Shown here piece after piece: positions 51,307-61,422 of a stretch of 64,000 nucleotides of DNA. Positions within the stretch are counted from its first letter, which is position 1, and every line of letters begins with the position of its first letter. The stretch is from an uncultured Verrucomicrobiae bacterium. GTDB taxonomy: Bacteria; Verrucomicrobiota; Verrucomicrobiia; Limisphaerales; Palsa-1400. The translations under genes and the position numbers were made by a program. Where the stretch lies: positions 576,001 through 640,000 of the forward strand of contig CAVXRD010000001.1 of assembly GCA_963764165.1 (NCBI GenBank). Reading direction: 5' to 3'. The notes under the pieces are model-generated. The model was not told the DNA's origin. It did no database searches and worked only from the letters and a program-made list of their open reading frames with translations.

Positions 51307-52040
51307 GCGGCATCCTCCTTGCGCATCTGCTCGAAAAGTTCGTCCAGCGCGCTTGCGCCGGATGGCGATTCCGCGCGCAATTCGGAAGGCGGTTGAAACG
51401 CGCGTATCGCACCCTTGTGGATGACGCAGACCCGGTCGGCAAAGCGTTCCGCGGCGTCAAGAATTTGCGTGGTGTAAATGACGGTGCGTCCAGAGGCCGC
51501 AGCTTCGCGGGCGCGGCGCTTGAAACAGTTGATGCCGTTGGGATCCATGCCGGAGGCCAAAGGCTCGTCCAGCAGCCAGAACTTCGGGTTCACTGCCATC
51601 AGCGCGGCGAGCGTTGCCTTGTAGCGCTGGCCGCGCGAAAGCGTCGCGAGCGGGACGTTGGCCAGCGGGAGCATGTCCAATTCGCGCAAGACTTCCACCA
51701 CGCGCTCTTCGATGCCGGGTTGCGCGAGTTCGTAAAGGCGCAGCACCATCCCAATGTGCTTGATCGGCGACCATTCCTCGAAGATGGCGGGAAAATCCGG
51801 GAGAAACATGAATTGCCGCCGCAAATCCATCCGCCCGCGAACGAAGACTTCGCCGTCGTAGAGAATTTGCCCCTTGTCCGGCGCAACGGTGCCGGCGAGA
51901 GAGCGCAGGAGAGTTGTCTTGCCCGCGCCGTTCAACCCGAGCAGCGCCACCACCTGCCCGGGCTCGATTGTCAACGAAACGTTATCCAGCGCCCGCCGCG
52001 CCTTGAACGATTTCACAATCCCCTGCAATTCAATTTTCAT
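51303..52040 (-). CDS. ABC transporter ATP-binding protein
   Basis: GLNGAGKT, LSRGQ, LLDEP. Confidence 0.9.
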   Translation of the reverse strand: MKIELQGIVKSFKARRALDNVSLTIEPGQVVALLGLNGAGKTTLLRSLAGTVAPDKGQILYDGEVFVRGRMDLRRQFMFLPDFPAIFEEWSPIKHIGMVLRLYELAQPGIEERVVEVLRELDMLPLANVPLATLSRGQRYKATLAALMAVNPKFWLLDEPLASGMDPNGINCFKRRAREAAASGRTVIYTTQILDAAERFADRVCVIHKGAIRAFQPPSELRAESPSGASALDELFEQMRKEDAA

Positions 52041-52110
52041 AGGTGGCCATAGCCGAAACCACAGCCACTGAACCAAACCCCGCCACGGAAGGCAAGTCTG
52101 CCAGAAAAGA

Positions 52111-52328
52111 GCCACAGATGGGCGCAGATCAACACAGATTTTTTGATAACGGAACACCGGAGGTGTCTAGCCGCAGATTTACGCGGATCAACGCTTACTA
52201 AGAAAAGTGTGGTGCATGTCGCCTCAAAAATGCCACGCCCGACTTGCGTCCTTCATTTCATGCTGCGTCAGTTTCATCCCGTTAATCTGCAGATCTTTTC
52301 TTGGTTATATCTTTGTTGATCTGTGGCC
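52111..52328. repeat. Cluster of ACAGAT-family REP-like repeats
   Basis: GCCACAGATGGGCGCAGATCAACACAGAT, GCCGCAGATTTACGCGGATCAACGC and degenerate inverse copies. Confidence 0.75.
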
Positions 52329-52415
52329 AATTCCGGTTCTGTCATTGAACTAATGTGCGCTGCGATGGTCTATTTTATATATTGAAAGCCACTGCGGCCT
52401 AACACTTCCAACGCG

Positions 52416-55400
52416 ATGAATCCTAAACGCATTTCTTCCGCAAACTGTATTCTGCCTGTGATCGGGTTGCTGGCTTTCGGCATGGCACTCGGGCTGACGG
52501 TCGCGCGCGGCGACACTTACAACCTCGGCAAGGTCAAAGGCATCCATGCCTTCAACGGCTCCGAGGCCGCGCGAAAACTGCTGGAAAAAAACGGCTTTGT
52601 CGTCACAGACCCGGCTTTCAAGCAAATCTTCGAGCCGTACATCCGCAGCCCCATGAGTGGCGATCCTTCCGCGAGCGATTCCCGCGACGATCTGCTGCCC
52701 GCTTTTATCACCGTCGATTCCGCCTGGCATACTTACCACGTCATTTTCGAGGAAGGCGTCAAGGAACTGGAGGAATTCCAATGTGATCATCTGGCCGGAT
52801 TTTCCAAGGCTCTGGTGGCGTCCGCACGGCAGAATTCTTTGCCAGAAATCGCATCCTACGCCTCCATCGGGCTGGCTCTGCAAGATCCATCCGCCCGCAA
52901 TGCGCTCAGTTCTGGGGAGAAATCGATTGTCGAATCGCTGTTGAGCGGCTCGGCGAATGTCGCCGTTCCAATTGGCTTTGAGTTATCGCCTCTGCAATTC
53001 CGGGCTCAAAGCTTCTACACGCAATCTCCGGAGTTGAGCGCTTACTTTGCGGCGCGTCAATGGTACGGCGGCGTGGTGTTCCGGCTTGCCGATTCCCATG
53101 AGACGGACCTCGCTCTCAAGCTTGCAACTCTGGTTAACAGCGACACCAATCTTTTTGCCCAATGGAAGCAACTGACGGAGCCGTATGACTCAATGCTCTC
53201 GCTCCCTGAGGATGGCACGGTTCCCATCTACGCCGCAGCCAGAAAGGCCGGGGCGACTGACAAAGTCATGCAAAAACTCCGTGACACGGTGCCCTCCCCT
53301 CTCATCAGCGATCAGCAACTCTCGCCGGACGACTATTCCAATTTCGGCCAATCCACCCGCGGATTTCGTTTGCTGCCGCCTCGGAGTTTGCCGTGCTCCA
53401 TTTGTTTTCACAAAAGCACGGATCCGGCCATCCCCGGCCGCGCTTATCCCAGCGGGCTTGATTTCATGGTTTCGTCCCCGGTGTTGCGTTCGCCCGCAGC
53501 GATTCGAGCCGCGCAATCCCAATTTGGACAAGCCACCGTGGAAGCCTTGCTCAAAATCGACGCCAGCCCGCTGCCCGATTCGCTCTACGGCGAATCGATG
53601 AAGCTGTTATCGCAATTGCAACAAGCTCCTCCAAATTCCGTTGCGCCGGTTTTTCGCACCCCAGCCTGGAACGATCTGCAACTTTGGACGCAGCTTTCCG
53701 GTTGGGCCGAGCAGCGCCATACATGGGCTTTGCATGCGAAACTTACCGTCTTCTATAACGGCATAACGGATCCACCGCCCGGAATTGTTGCGCCTTATCC
53801 TGGCTTTTTTGCCGGGCTCGCCAAATTATCGAGAGACTCCGCCAACGCCCTGCGCAAAGCTGGTTACGAGGGGCCGTTCGACCCGAAAGCTGTGGCGGTC
53901 GAGATGATGACGCAGATGTCGAAGCCTCAGACACACTTGTATGACGAAGAAGCCATGTCGAGAAGCGGCAACCAATTCAGCCAGTTCTTCACTCAATTCT
54001 ATTCGGAGCACGAAAAGGAAATGGCTCAAAGCACGGACCAATGGGAGAAGACCATGACGAATCTCCAGACGATGGCGGCGCGGGTGGCTCAAACCGGCGG
54101 CGCCACATCTGACGACATCGCGACGCTGAAATTGTTTTACAACTCTCGCGTGCCGATGGCTGACACGCTCTCCAATTTTGCGGGAACGTGCGACCGCCTC
54201 GCTGATCTGGCGACAAAATGCCGCGATGGCCGCGCCTTGTCTCCGGACGACGCGGAATGGATCAGAAAGTACGGCGAAACCCTGGCCAACTACCACTTCT
54301 ATTACGGCAATTCCTATGATGTTCCCCTTGATAACTTCCCCATCGCAACCCGCGTTTATTCCAACCCGCTGAAAAGCGCCATGTTCTACGCTGGCTTGAC
54401 TCGGCCGAAGGCAATATATCTGATCGCCAACAACCAACTCTATCGCGGCGCGGTGATGACCTACCGCGAGTTCGTCCGCCCCGACAACCAATTGCTCGAC
54501 GACGATTCGTGGCGCGACCTCGTCTCCAAAGGCCAGGAACAGCCCGCGCCCGCCTTTACAAAGTCCTTCTGCCCTCAACGCTCGTTGGCGGAATGGATGG
54601 AAGCAATGAACGCCGTGCGCCTTGACGCCTATCAAGATCGGCAGGAGATTCTTTCGCAACTCTCTTCCAGTGCCACCGAAAGCGACTTGCCGGCGCTCAT
54701 CAAACTCATGGAGTCCTCCGCTGAACGCGATCCCGAGCTTTTAGCGAATCTCGCCCATACAATCGCTTTTTTGCCGTGTCAACAATACGAGATTCCGTTG
54801 CTCAAACTTCTCAGTGCGAGCAACGCCGCGCTCGGCGATGCTTCGGCATTCATTCTGACGAATTTGGGCGCAAAGCTGGATACCGCCCCGATTGTCGCGT
54901 CCTTTGATAAAGAGACTCCCCGCGTCCAACGTCTTCGACTGGTCGTCCTTCAGACGGTTGCGACAACCAACGGGGCGGCGGCGAATGTTATTTTTCAAGC
55001 GCTCAAGAATACGAATGACGGAGTGCGATGGCAGGCGGTGCAGGCCCTTCTGAGTGCGCGTTTGACGAATAGCTCCGCAAAGGATGCATTGCTCGCGTCG
55101 CTCAAAGACACAAATGTGTTTGTGGCCGAGAATGCCGCCCGCGGTGTTTCGCGTCTTGGCGAAACGAACGCCTGCGAAAACATATTGGCCGAACTGAAAC
55201 TTCGCGTGGCCCACCCGCCGTCCGACGATGAGGAGCAGAGCCAGCTTTCGGCCGTGTCATTTTCTGACGGCTACGAACGTTCAAAGAGCCGCTTTAGCAG
55301 CAATTCCAACATTCTCGACCCAGACGGCCAATTGGGACGGGTGGACTTCGTCATGCGCCGGAGAGCGCCCAATTTGCAGCGCGTCAATGTCATGGCTATA

Positions 55401-55895
55401 AATCCGCGGGTCGTCGATTTCATGCAGGAGCGCGATTTCGACGCGCTTGACAGATGGATTCAGCTCGTGGGAACCCTCAAGTGCCCCGGAGCCGAGGAGT
55501 ATTTTCTCGGCCTGCTTTCCGGCGACCGCAGAACCGCGGCGTTTTCCGCCCTGCAAAAACTTGGCTCGCAGCGCCTCCTGGATCAGACCCTCGCTGCGGC
55601 AATCGATTCGCACGGGGCGTTGGAAATCCGTGTGCAGGCATTGATTGACCTCTCCCGGCTTAACGCCACTAATCAGTTGTGCGCGATCGTCCCGCTCCTC
55701 GACGACAAGACACCCATTCCAGGAACGGAATCCCCGCGCCTGCCCGCCCGCAGAATCTGCGACTGCGCGGCGCAGACCATCGCCATCTTGCGGGGCGAAG
55801 GACGCAACTTGCCGCTTCTCCTCATGAGAGATCCCGATGAGCTGATCGCTCGATTGAAAAATGAGCCACAGATGGGCACAGATCAACACAGATAG
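52416..55895 (+). CDS. DUF3160-like secreted protein with C-terminal HEAT-like repeats
   Basis: LLEKNGFVV, FITVDSAWHTYH, YFAARQWY, SGWAEQRH, GAVMTYRE, LDDDSWR; HEAT-like LKDTNVFVAENAA. Confidence 0.8.
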   Translation: MNPKRISSANCILPVIGLLAFGMALGLTVARGDTYNLGKVKGIHAFNGSEAARKLLEKNGFVVTDPAFKQIFEPYIRSPMSGDPSASDSRDDLLPAFITVDSAWHTYHVIFEEGVKELEEFQCDHLAGFSKALVASARQNSLPEIASYASIGLALQDPSARNALSSGEKSIVESLLSGSANVAVPIGFELSPLQFRAQSFYTQSPELSAYFAARQWYGGVVFRLADSHETDLALKLATLVNSDTNLFAQWKQLTEPYDSMLSLPEDGTVPIYAAARKAGATDKVMQKLRDTVPSPLISDQQLSPDDYSNFGQSTRGFRLLPPRSLPCSICFHKSTDPAIPGRAYPSGLDFMVSSPVLRSPAAIRAAQSQFGQATVEALLKIDASPLPDSLYGESMKLLSQLQQAPPNSVAPVFRTPAWNDLQLWTQLSGWAEQRHTWALHAKLTVFYNGITDPPPGIVAPYPGFFAGLAKLSRDSANALRKAGYEGPFDPKAVAVEMMTQMSKPQTHLYDEEAMSRSGNQFSQFFTQFYSEHEKEMAQSTDQWEKTMTNLQTMAARVAQTGGATSDDIATLKLFYNSRVPMADTLSNFAGTCDRLADLATKCRDGRALSPDDAEWIRKYGETLANYHFYYGNSYDVPLDNFPIATRVYSNPLKSAMFYAGLTRPKAIYLIANNQLYRGAVMTYREFVRPDNQLLDDDSWRDLVSKGQEQPAPAFTKSFCPQRSLAEWMEAMNAVRLDAYQDRQEILSQLSSSATESDLPALIKLMESSAERDPELLANLAHTIAFLPCQQYEIPLLKLLSASNAALGDASAFILTNLGAKLDTAPIVASFDKETPRVQRLRLVVLQTVATTNGAAANVIFQALKNTNDGVRWQAVQALLSARLTNSSAKDALLASLKDTNVFVAENAARGVSRLGETNACENILAELKLRVAHPPSDDEEQSQLSAVSFSDGYERSKSRFSSNSNILDPDGQLGRVDFVMRRRAPNLQRVNVMAINPRVVDFMQERDFDALDRWIQLVGTLKCPGAEEYFLGLLSGDRRTAAFSALQKLGSQRLLDQTLAAAIDSHGALEIRVQALIDLSRLNATNQLCAIVPLLDDKTPIPGTESPRLPARRICDCAAQTIAILRGEGRNLPLLLMRDPDELIARLKNEPQMGTDQHR

Positions 55896-56044
55896 GAACT
55901 GAAAAAACGAGCTGCAGATGGATGCGATAAAATTGATTAGAAGGAGAAGAAAAGCAGGAGGACCGTTCGCCCATGGCGTTTTGGGGCGACACGCGCCAAG
56001 CGCGCTTTTTTAAAATCTGTGTTGATCTGTGTCAATCTGTGGCC
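55865..56044. repeat. ACAGAT-family REP-like inverted pair
   Basis: GCCACAGATGGGCACAGATCAACACAGAT ... ATCTGTGTTGATCTGTGTCAATCTGTGGC. Confidence 0.8.
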
Positions 56045-56049
56045 CCCCG

Positions 56050-56269
56050 CCCGCTGGGGACACCGGGGAATTCCCTTGTCACCAGTTCTGGCGACTTTCG
56101 GGTTTGCGGGGATGGGCTATGCTGTTCACAGTTAACGGAGCGAAATGCGGTTGTTTCCGTGAAAAGTGTCAGCGTGGTCCGCAGCGCTGCTTCGAAGACA
56201 GAAAAGACTTAAAGTTGTTCTCAAGTCAGAGAGGGCCGGGCCTGAAAACCCCGGCCCTTCTGTTTTTTC
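56050..56269 (+). ncRNA. Putative sRNA transcription unit, copy 1 (RNA ~56129-56268)
   Basis: Direct repeat of 63347-63565; palindrome 56078-56095, TATGCT 56118-56123, three hairpins, terminator 56231-56268. Confidence 0.65.
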
Positions 56270-56272
56270 TGT

Positions 56273-57271
56273 TTAACCCACAAGAATCGCGGTCGCAATG
56301 ACCGCAACGGTGAGAATCAGGCCCGCACACAATATCCGGTGCTTGTTGCACCAGAATTGCCAACTGAAATTCTTGGCGCGCCCATCAAAGGAGCCGTGAG
56401 CCGAGTAATCGCCGGGAACGGATTCCCACAAATTGCTCGGCTGGCTTTCGTCTCGCGGCTCGTCGGTTTGCTGGCTCTTGAATCCGGTGCGGGCCAGGTA
56501 TCGATCAAGCAATCCAGGCGCGAGTTTGTTGCCGAGGATGGCCTTCACGGTCGGAAGCCCAACGTAAAGTTCGCGCCGCCGATGGGTCGCGGCATAGACG
56601 ATCGCATCCGCCGCAATCTCCGGCTGAAAGATGGGAGGGACTGGCTGCGCTTTCTTGGGCAGACGGCTTTTCACCCAGGCGAATTGCGGCGTGTTGACGG
56701 CGGGCATTTCCACGATGCAAACGTGGATGTCCTTTTTGTCATGCAAAAGCTCGCAGCGGAGCGAATCCACGAAGCCTTCGATGGCATGCTTGGCCGCGCA
56801 ATAGGCTGATTGCAGCGGAATGCCGCGATAAGCCAGCGCCGAGCCGACCTGGATGATCGCGCCGCGATTGCGCGGCCGCATACGGCGCAAAGCCGCTAAT
56901 GTGCCCCAAACACAGCCAAGATACGTGACATCCGTCACGCGCCGGAATTCTTCCGGCTGCATTTCGATGATCGGCGAGAAGACGGAAACCATGGCGTTGT
57001 TCACCCAGATGTCGATGGCGCCAAACTGCCTTTCCAATTCATCCGCCGCCGACTCGACGGCCTTTTCATCCGCCACATCGGCCACCAGCACAACCGCGCG
57101 GCCGCCCAATTCCTCAACCTCCTTCTTTGCCGCCTCCAGCCGCTCCCGATTGCGCGCCAAAAGCCCAATCAAAGCGCCGCGCTTGGCGAAGGCGCGGGCC
57201 GTGGCGCGGCCAATTCCGGCGCTGGCCCCGGTGATCATCACCACTTCACGCTCGATCGGTTGCTCGCTCAT
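56273..57271 (-). CDS. SDR-family oxidoreductase
   Basis: TGASAGIG, NNA, YCAAK. Confidence 0.93.
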   Translation of the reverse strand: MSEQPIEREVVMITGASAGIGRATARAFAKRGALIGLLARNRERLEAAKKEVEELGGRAVVLVADVADEKAVESAADELERQFGAIDIWVNNAMVSVFSPIIEMQPEEFRRVTDVTYLGCVWGTLAALRRMRPRNRGAIIQVGSALAYRGIPLQSAYCAAKHAIEGFVDSLRCELLHDKKDIHVCIVEMPAVNTPQFAWVKSRLPKKAQPVPPIFQPEIAADAIVYAATHRRRELYVGLPTVKAILGNKLAPGLLDRYLARTGFKSQQTDEPRDESQPSNLWESVPGDYSAHGSFDGRAKNFSWQFWCNKHRILCAGLILTVAVIATAILVG

Positions 57272-57283
57272 CAGTCAAATAAA

Positions 57284-60200
57284 TTACTTCGCCTCTTCCA
57301 GCGCCTGGACGGAGTTGCGCCGCCCCAATTCCGATTGCTCCTGCATTTCAGGAACCGTCATCTTGGGGTAAATTTCCTTTCCTTCGGGATTGGCGCGGCT
57401 GCCTTCCCGCAGCACTTTGGCGACGACTTCCGCCAGGTGCATTGGCTCTTTGCACGCGAGCTGCTGGACTTGCTCGCGGCAACTGAAGCCGTCCATCACA
57501 ATTAAAATATCCTGCGCCGCTTCGCGAACGGCGGGCAGCAGGACGCGCTCGCCGCATTTCACCGACACGTCGTAATGCTCGGTCTCGAAACCAAACGAGC
57601 CAGCCATGCCGCAGCAGCCCGAATCCAAAATCTCAAATTCCAAGCCAAGGCGCTTGAGCAACTTTTCCTCGGCGGACATTCCGATCACGGCGTGCTGGTG
57701 GCAATGCCCGTGGACGATGGCTTTGCGCGACAGTTTCGGAAAGTCGAATTTGCTTTCGCTGAGAAATTCGCCGAGCGTTTTTGTTTGCTGAGTCAGGCGC
57801 GCGGCATCTTCGTCGAAGGGAAAGAGCCTCTTCAACTCATCGCGAAACACGGAAACGCAGCTTGGCTCAAGGCCCACAACAGGCAGGCCTTCGCGGATTT
57901 CCTGGCGCATGGAGAGGAGAATTTCGGCGAGCCTTTTCTTCGCCTCGTCGAGCATGCCAAAATCGTAAAGCGGCCGGCCGCAGCACAATTTCTCCTCCGG
58001 CAAAATGACACGGCAGCCGATTTTTTCCAGCACGGTGACGGCCGCCTTGGGAATTTGCGGATGAAAATAATTGTTGAAGGTGTCAACCCAGAGAATGACG
58101 CGCGGCTTGTCTTCGTTTTCGATCAACCGCCGTTTCCACCAGGCGCGAAATGTCTCGGGCGCGAATTGCGGCAGAGTTCTCTTTTGCGAAATGCCGCCGA
58201 TCCATTTGATGAAATTCCCCACGACTGGCAGGCGGCCCATCCAATTCACCAATCCCGGCATTCGCGAGGCAAATCCCGCCCACCTGCGAATCAGTCCCAT
58301 CGAATAAGCATGGCGGGGGCGGAGGCGGCCCTCGTAATAATGGGAAAGGAACTCCGCCTTGTAAGTGGCCATGTCGACGTGCATGGGACAATCTGATTGA
58401 CAGCCTTTGCAGGCGAGGCAGAGGTCTAGGCCCTCGCGCACTTCCTCGCTGCGCCAGCCGTCGCGGATGACTTCCCCTTGCAGCATTTCAAAGAGGAGCC
58501 GCGCCCGTCCGCGGGTGGAGTGCTTTTCCTCGCGGGTGACCATGTAGCTGGGGCACATCGTGCCGGTATCGCCACGGCGGCATTTTCCGACGCCCACGCA
58601 GCGGAGCATCGTTTCCGGGAAATTCCCGCCATCTTCGCCGTAGTGAAATTTTGTTTCCGGCTGCCACGGATTATAATTGACACCGAGCCGGAGATTCTCG
58701 TTGTTGTGGAAGGCGTTGACGACCTTGCCGGGATTCATTTTATTTTCAGGATCCCAGATGTTCTTGAATTCCCGGAAGGCCTGCACCAATTCGTCGCCGA
58801 ACATGATGGGCAGCAAATCCGCCTTCGATTGGCCATCCCCATGTTCGCCGGAAATGGAACCGCCGAGGCTCACCACCAGCTCGGCGGCCTCGGTGACGAA
58901 TTCGCGGAATTTCTTGATGCCCGCCGCGTTCTTCAATCCGAAATCAATGCGGGTATGAATGCAGCCGTCGCCGAAATGGCCGTAAAGCGAGCAGCCGTAT
59001 CCGAATTTATTATAGAGCTTCCTCAGTTCGCGAAGGTAAACGCCAACGCGATCGGGCGGCACGGCGCTGTCCTCCCAGCCTTCCCAAGTGACAGGTTCGC
59101 CCGGAACCCGCGCGGTGGCTCCCAGACCGGCCTCGCGGACTTCCCAGATTTTCTTCTCCTCCCGCGGATCGTCGTAAAGTTTCATGCTGGGAGCATTGGG
59201 CAGCTTCTTCAAAGCCGCCATGACAGCGCGCGCTTTTGCATCCGATTCTTCCCGCGTCTTGCCGCCGAATTCCGCAATCAGCCAGCCCTTGCCGTCCGGC
59301 ATCAGCTTGAGCGCATCGCCATGCATTTTGAGCTTTCGCATGTTCTTCTCGAGCACATCATCGACGCCCTCCAAACCCAGCGGGCCGTGGGCGAGCACTT
59401 CCATGACATGGTCTCCGGCGGTGTAAACATCCGGATAACCGAGGGCGATGATGGTGCGGGCGGGCGGGCTGTAAATGAGGCGCGCCTTCGCCTCCAGCAC
59501 GGCCACGCAAGTTCCCTCCGTCCCGACCAGCGCGCGCGCCACGTTGAAGCCCTTTTCCGGCAACAATTGATCCAGGTTGTAACCGGAAACGCGGCGGGGA
59601 ATTTTCGGATATTTTCTGCGGATGAGTTCCGCGTATTTGACAGCCAGGATTTTCATCCGGCGGTAAATTTCAGCGCGGCGGCCGCCTTCGCTGACGATCC
59701 TCTGAAATTCCTCCTCGCTCGTTTCCCCGACTTTCATGCGCAGGCCGTCGTAAGTCAGCACCTCCATCTCGATGATATTTTCGACCGTCTTGCCGCCCAT
59801 CACGGAATGGACGCCGCACGAGTTGTTGCCAATCATGCCGCCCAGCGTGCAATGATTGTGGGTGGAAGGATCGGGCGCGAAGGTGAGATGATGCTTCTCC
59901 GCTTCCGCCCGCAAATCATCAAGCACGATGCCCGGCTGGATGCGCGCGAAGGCTTTTTCCGGATTTAATTCCAAAATGTGGCGCAGGTATTTGGAAAAAT
60001 CCAAGACGACGGCGACATTGCAGCACTGTCCCGCCAGGCTTGTTCCCCCGCCCCGCGAAAGAACCGGAGCGCCCACCTCGCGGCAGGCCGCGACCGTTTT
60101 CACCACGTCCTCAATGCTCTTCGGCACGACGACGCCGATGGGGATTTGCCGGTAATTCGACGAATCTGTCGAGTACAATGCCCGCGCACCGCTGTCAAAA

Positions 60201-60316
60201 CGAACTTCGCCTTCGAGGCGGCCTTTGAGCAATTCAGCGAGGCGCCTGGCATCGCCAGTCCAATCGTTGCCAGGTTCGTGGCGGCGATGGGATTCAGGGG
60301 GCTTGTGTGATTTCAT
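57284..60316 (-). CDS. FAD-binding and (Fe-S)-binding oxidoreductase (GlcD/Dld plus GlcF-like)
   Basis: RGGGTSLAGQ, GMIGNNSCG, SGEHGDG, CLACKGC...CP, CCG domains. Confidence 0.93.
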   Translation of the reverse strand: MKSHKPPESHRRHEPGNDWTGDARRLAELLKGRLEGEVRFDSGARALYSTDSSNYRQIPIGVVVPKSIEDVVKTVAACREVGAPVLSRGGGTSLAGQCCNVAVVLDFSKYLRHILELNPEKAFARIQPGIVLDDLRAEAEKHHLTFAPDPSTHNHCTLGGMIGNNSCGVHSVMGGKTVENIIEMEVLTYDGLRMKVGETSEEEFQRIVSEGGRRAEIYRRMKILAVKYAELIRRKYPKIPRRVSGYNLDQLLPEKGFNVARALVGTEGTCVAVLEAKARLIYSPPARTIIALGYPDVYTAGDHVMEVLAHGPLGLEGVDDVLEKNMRKLKMHGDALKLMPDGKGWLIAEFGGKTREESDAKARAVMAALKKLPNAPSMKLYDDPREEKKIWEVREAGLGATARVPGEPVTWEGWEDSAVPPDRVGVYLRELRKLYNKFGYGCSLYGHFGDGCIHTRIDFGLKNAAGIKKFREFVTEAAELVVSLGGSISGEHGDGQSKADLLPIMFGDELVQAFREFKNIWDPENKMNPGKVVNAFHNNENLRLGVNYNPWQPETKFHYGEDGGNFPETMLRCVGVGKCRRGDTGTMCPSYMVTREEKHSTRGRARLLFEMLQGEVIRDGWRSEEVREGLDLCLACKGCQSDCPMHVDMATYKAEFLSHYYEGRLRPRHAYSMGLIRRWAGFASRMPGLVNWMGRLPVVGNFIKWIGGISQKRTLPQFAPETFRAWWKRRLIENEDKPRVILWVDTFNNYFHPQIPKAAVTVLEKIGCRVILPEEKLCCGRPLYDFGMLDEAKKRLAEILLSMRQEIREGLPVVGLEPSCVSVFRDELKRLFPFDEDAARLTQQTKTLGEFLSESKFDFPKLSRKAIVHGHCHQHAVIGMSAEEKLLKRLGLEFEILDSGCCGMAGSFGFETEHYDVSVKCGERVLLPAVREAAQDILIVMDGFSCREQVQQLACKEPMHLAEVVAKVLREGSRANPEGKEIYPKMTVPEMQEQSELGRRNSVQALEEAK

Positions 60317-61407
60317 ATGTCGACCTTGAAACCGGATATATCCTGCTCTTTCAGCTCGAGTCCGAGTCCCAGCTCGGAGTCGCTGGGAATGAGAAATCCA
60401 TTTTTATGCCTGACTGTCGCGCCCTCGAAGAACATTTGCTCGATGCGCGCGTGATCGTGAAAATACTCAACGTGGCGGGAAGGCTTGGTGGCGCAGCAGA
60501 GATGCGCGTGCAGCGCGGGCGCAGTATGGGCGGAGAGGGGGATTCCAAAAGTCTCGCAGAGCGCCGCCGTCTGCAAGAAGCCAGTCACGCCGCAACGGGT
60601 GGCATCCGCCTGGAGGACATCCACCGCCTGGGCCGCAAGCATTTGCTTCGCCTGAATGGCGTCGTAGTTGTATTCGCCCGCCGCGATTTCGATTCTGGCT
60701 GGAAAGCGCCGCCGCAGAAAGGCCAGCCCGTCCAAATCGTCGGAGCTGACCGGCTCCTCGAACCAACTGACGTCCTGGCCGGCGAAGTGAAGCGCAAAAT
60801 CCATCGCGATTTTCGCCGAGTAAGCGCCGTTGGCATCAACAAACAATTCCGCTTCATCCTTGATGACCTCGCGAGCCCATATCACCCGGGGGACATCGAC
60901 CGACGGGGACCGCCCCACTTTCATCTTGACCATGCGAATCCCCTCCCCAACCCAATTCGCCATTTGCCGCTGCAGCTCCTTGCGCGAGTAGGACGTGAAC
61001 CCGCCACTGCCATAAACGGGAATTTTTTCGCGAATGCCGCCCAGCAATTTCACCAGCGCCAGCTTCAGCAGTTTGGCTTTCAAATCCCAGAGAGCGATTT
61101 CCACCGCTGCGATGGCCGACGAGGCAATCCCGCGCCGCCCGGCGTTTCGGACGGCTGCGTTCATTTCGCTCCATAGCGCTGAAATGGAGAATATGGACTT
61201 GCTCTGGAGAATCGGGAAAAGCGTGTTGCGAATCAGCGGCACACAGCATTCATGCGCATAGCTGTATCCAAGCCCCGTCACTTCGCCCGCCTTGAGGCGG
61301 ACGAGGATTAAGGTGGTTGACGACCACTCGATGGTTCCGTCGGATTCGGGCAAATCCGTTGGCACCGTGTAGGCATGCACTTCGGCGGATTCCACTGTTT
61401 CATTCAC
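60313..61407 (-). CDS. Mandelate racemase / enolase superfamily protein
   Basis: ALWDLKAK, KMKVG, VDANG, WFEEP, AAGE. Confidence 0.92.
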   Translation of the reverse strand: MNETVESAEVHAYTVPTDLPESDGTIEWSSTTLILVRLKAGEVTGLGYSYAHECCVPLIRNTLFPILQSKSIFSISALWSEMNAAVRNAGRRGIASSAIAAVEIALWDLKAKLLKLALVKLLGGIREKIPVYGSGGFTSYSRKELQRQMANWVGEGIRMVKMKVGRSPSVDVPRVIWAREVIKDEAELFVDANGAYSAKIAMDFALHFAGQDVSWFEEPVSSDDLDGLAFLRRRFPARIEIAAGEYNYDAIQAKQMLAAQAVDVLQADATRCGVTGFLQTAALCETFGIPLSAHTAPALHAHLCCATKPSRHVEYFHDHARIEQMFFEGATVRHKNGFLIPSDSELGLGLELKEQDISGFKVDI

Positions 61408-61422
61408 GGGCGTATCGATCCT

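Noticed and set aside
56129..56268. Riboswitch or attenuator
   Set aside because: No same-strand gene follows either terminator, and I recognised no aptamer consensus
56119..56301. Cys-rich peptide M(L/V)FTV(N/D)GAKCGC... encoded in both repeat copies
   Set aside because: The frame runs through the terminator, ends differently in the two copies, and most differences are non-synonymous. The alternative short frame VKSVSVVRSAASKT(E/K)KT cannot be excluded but has no clear start
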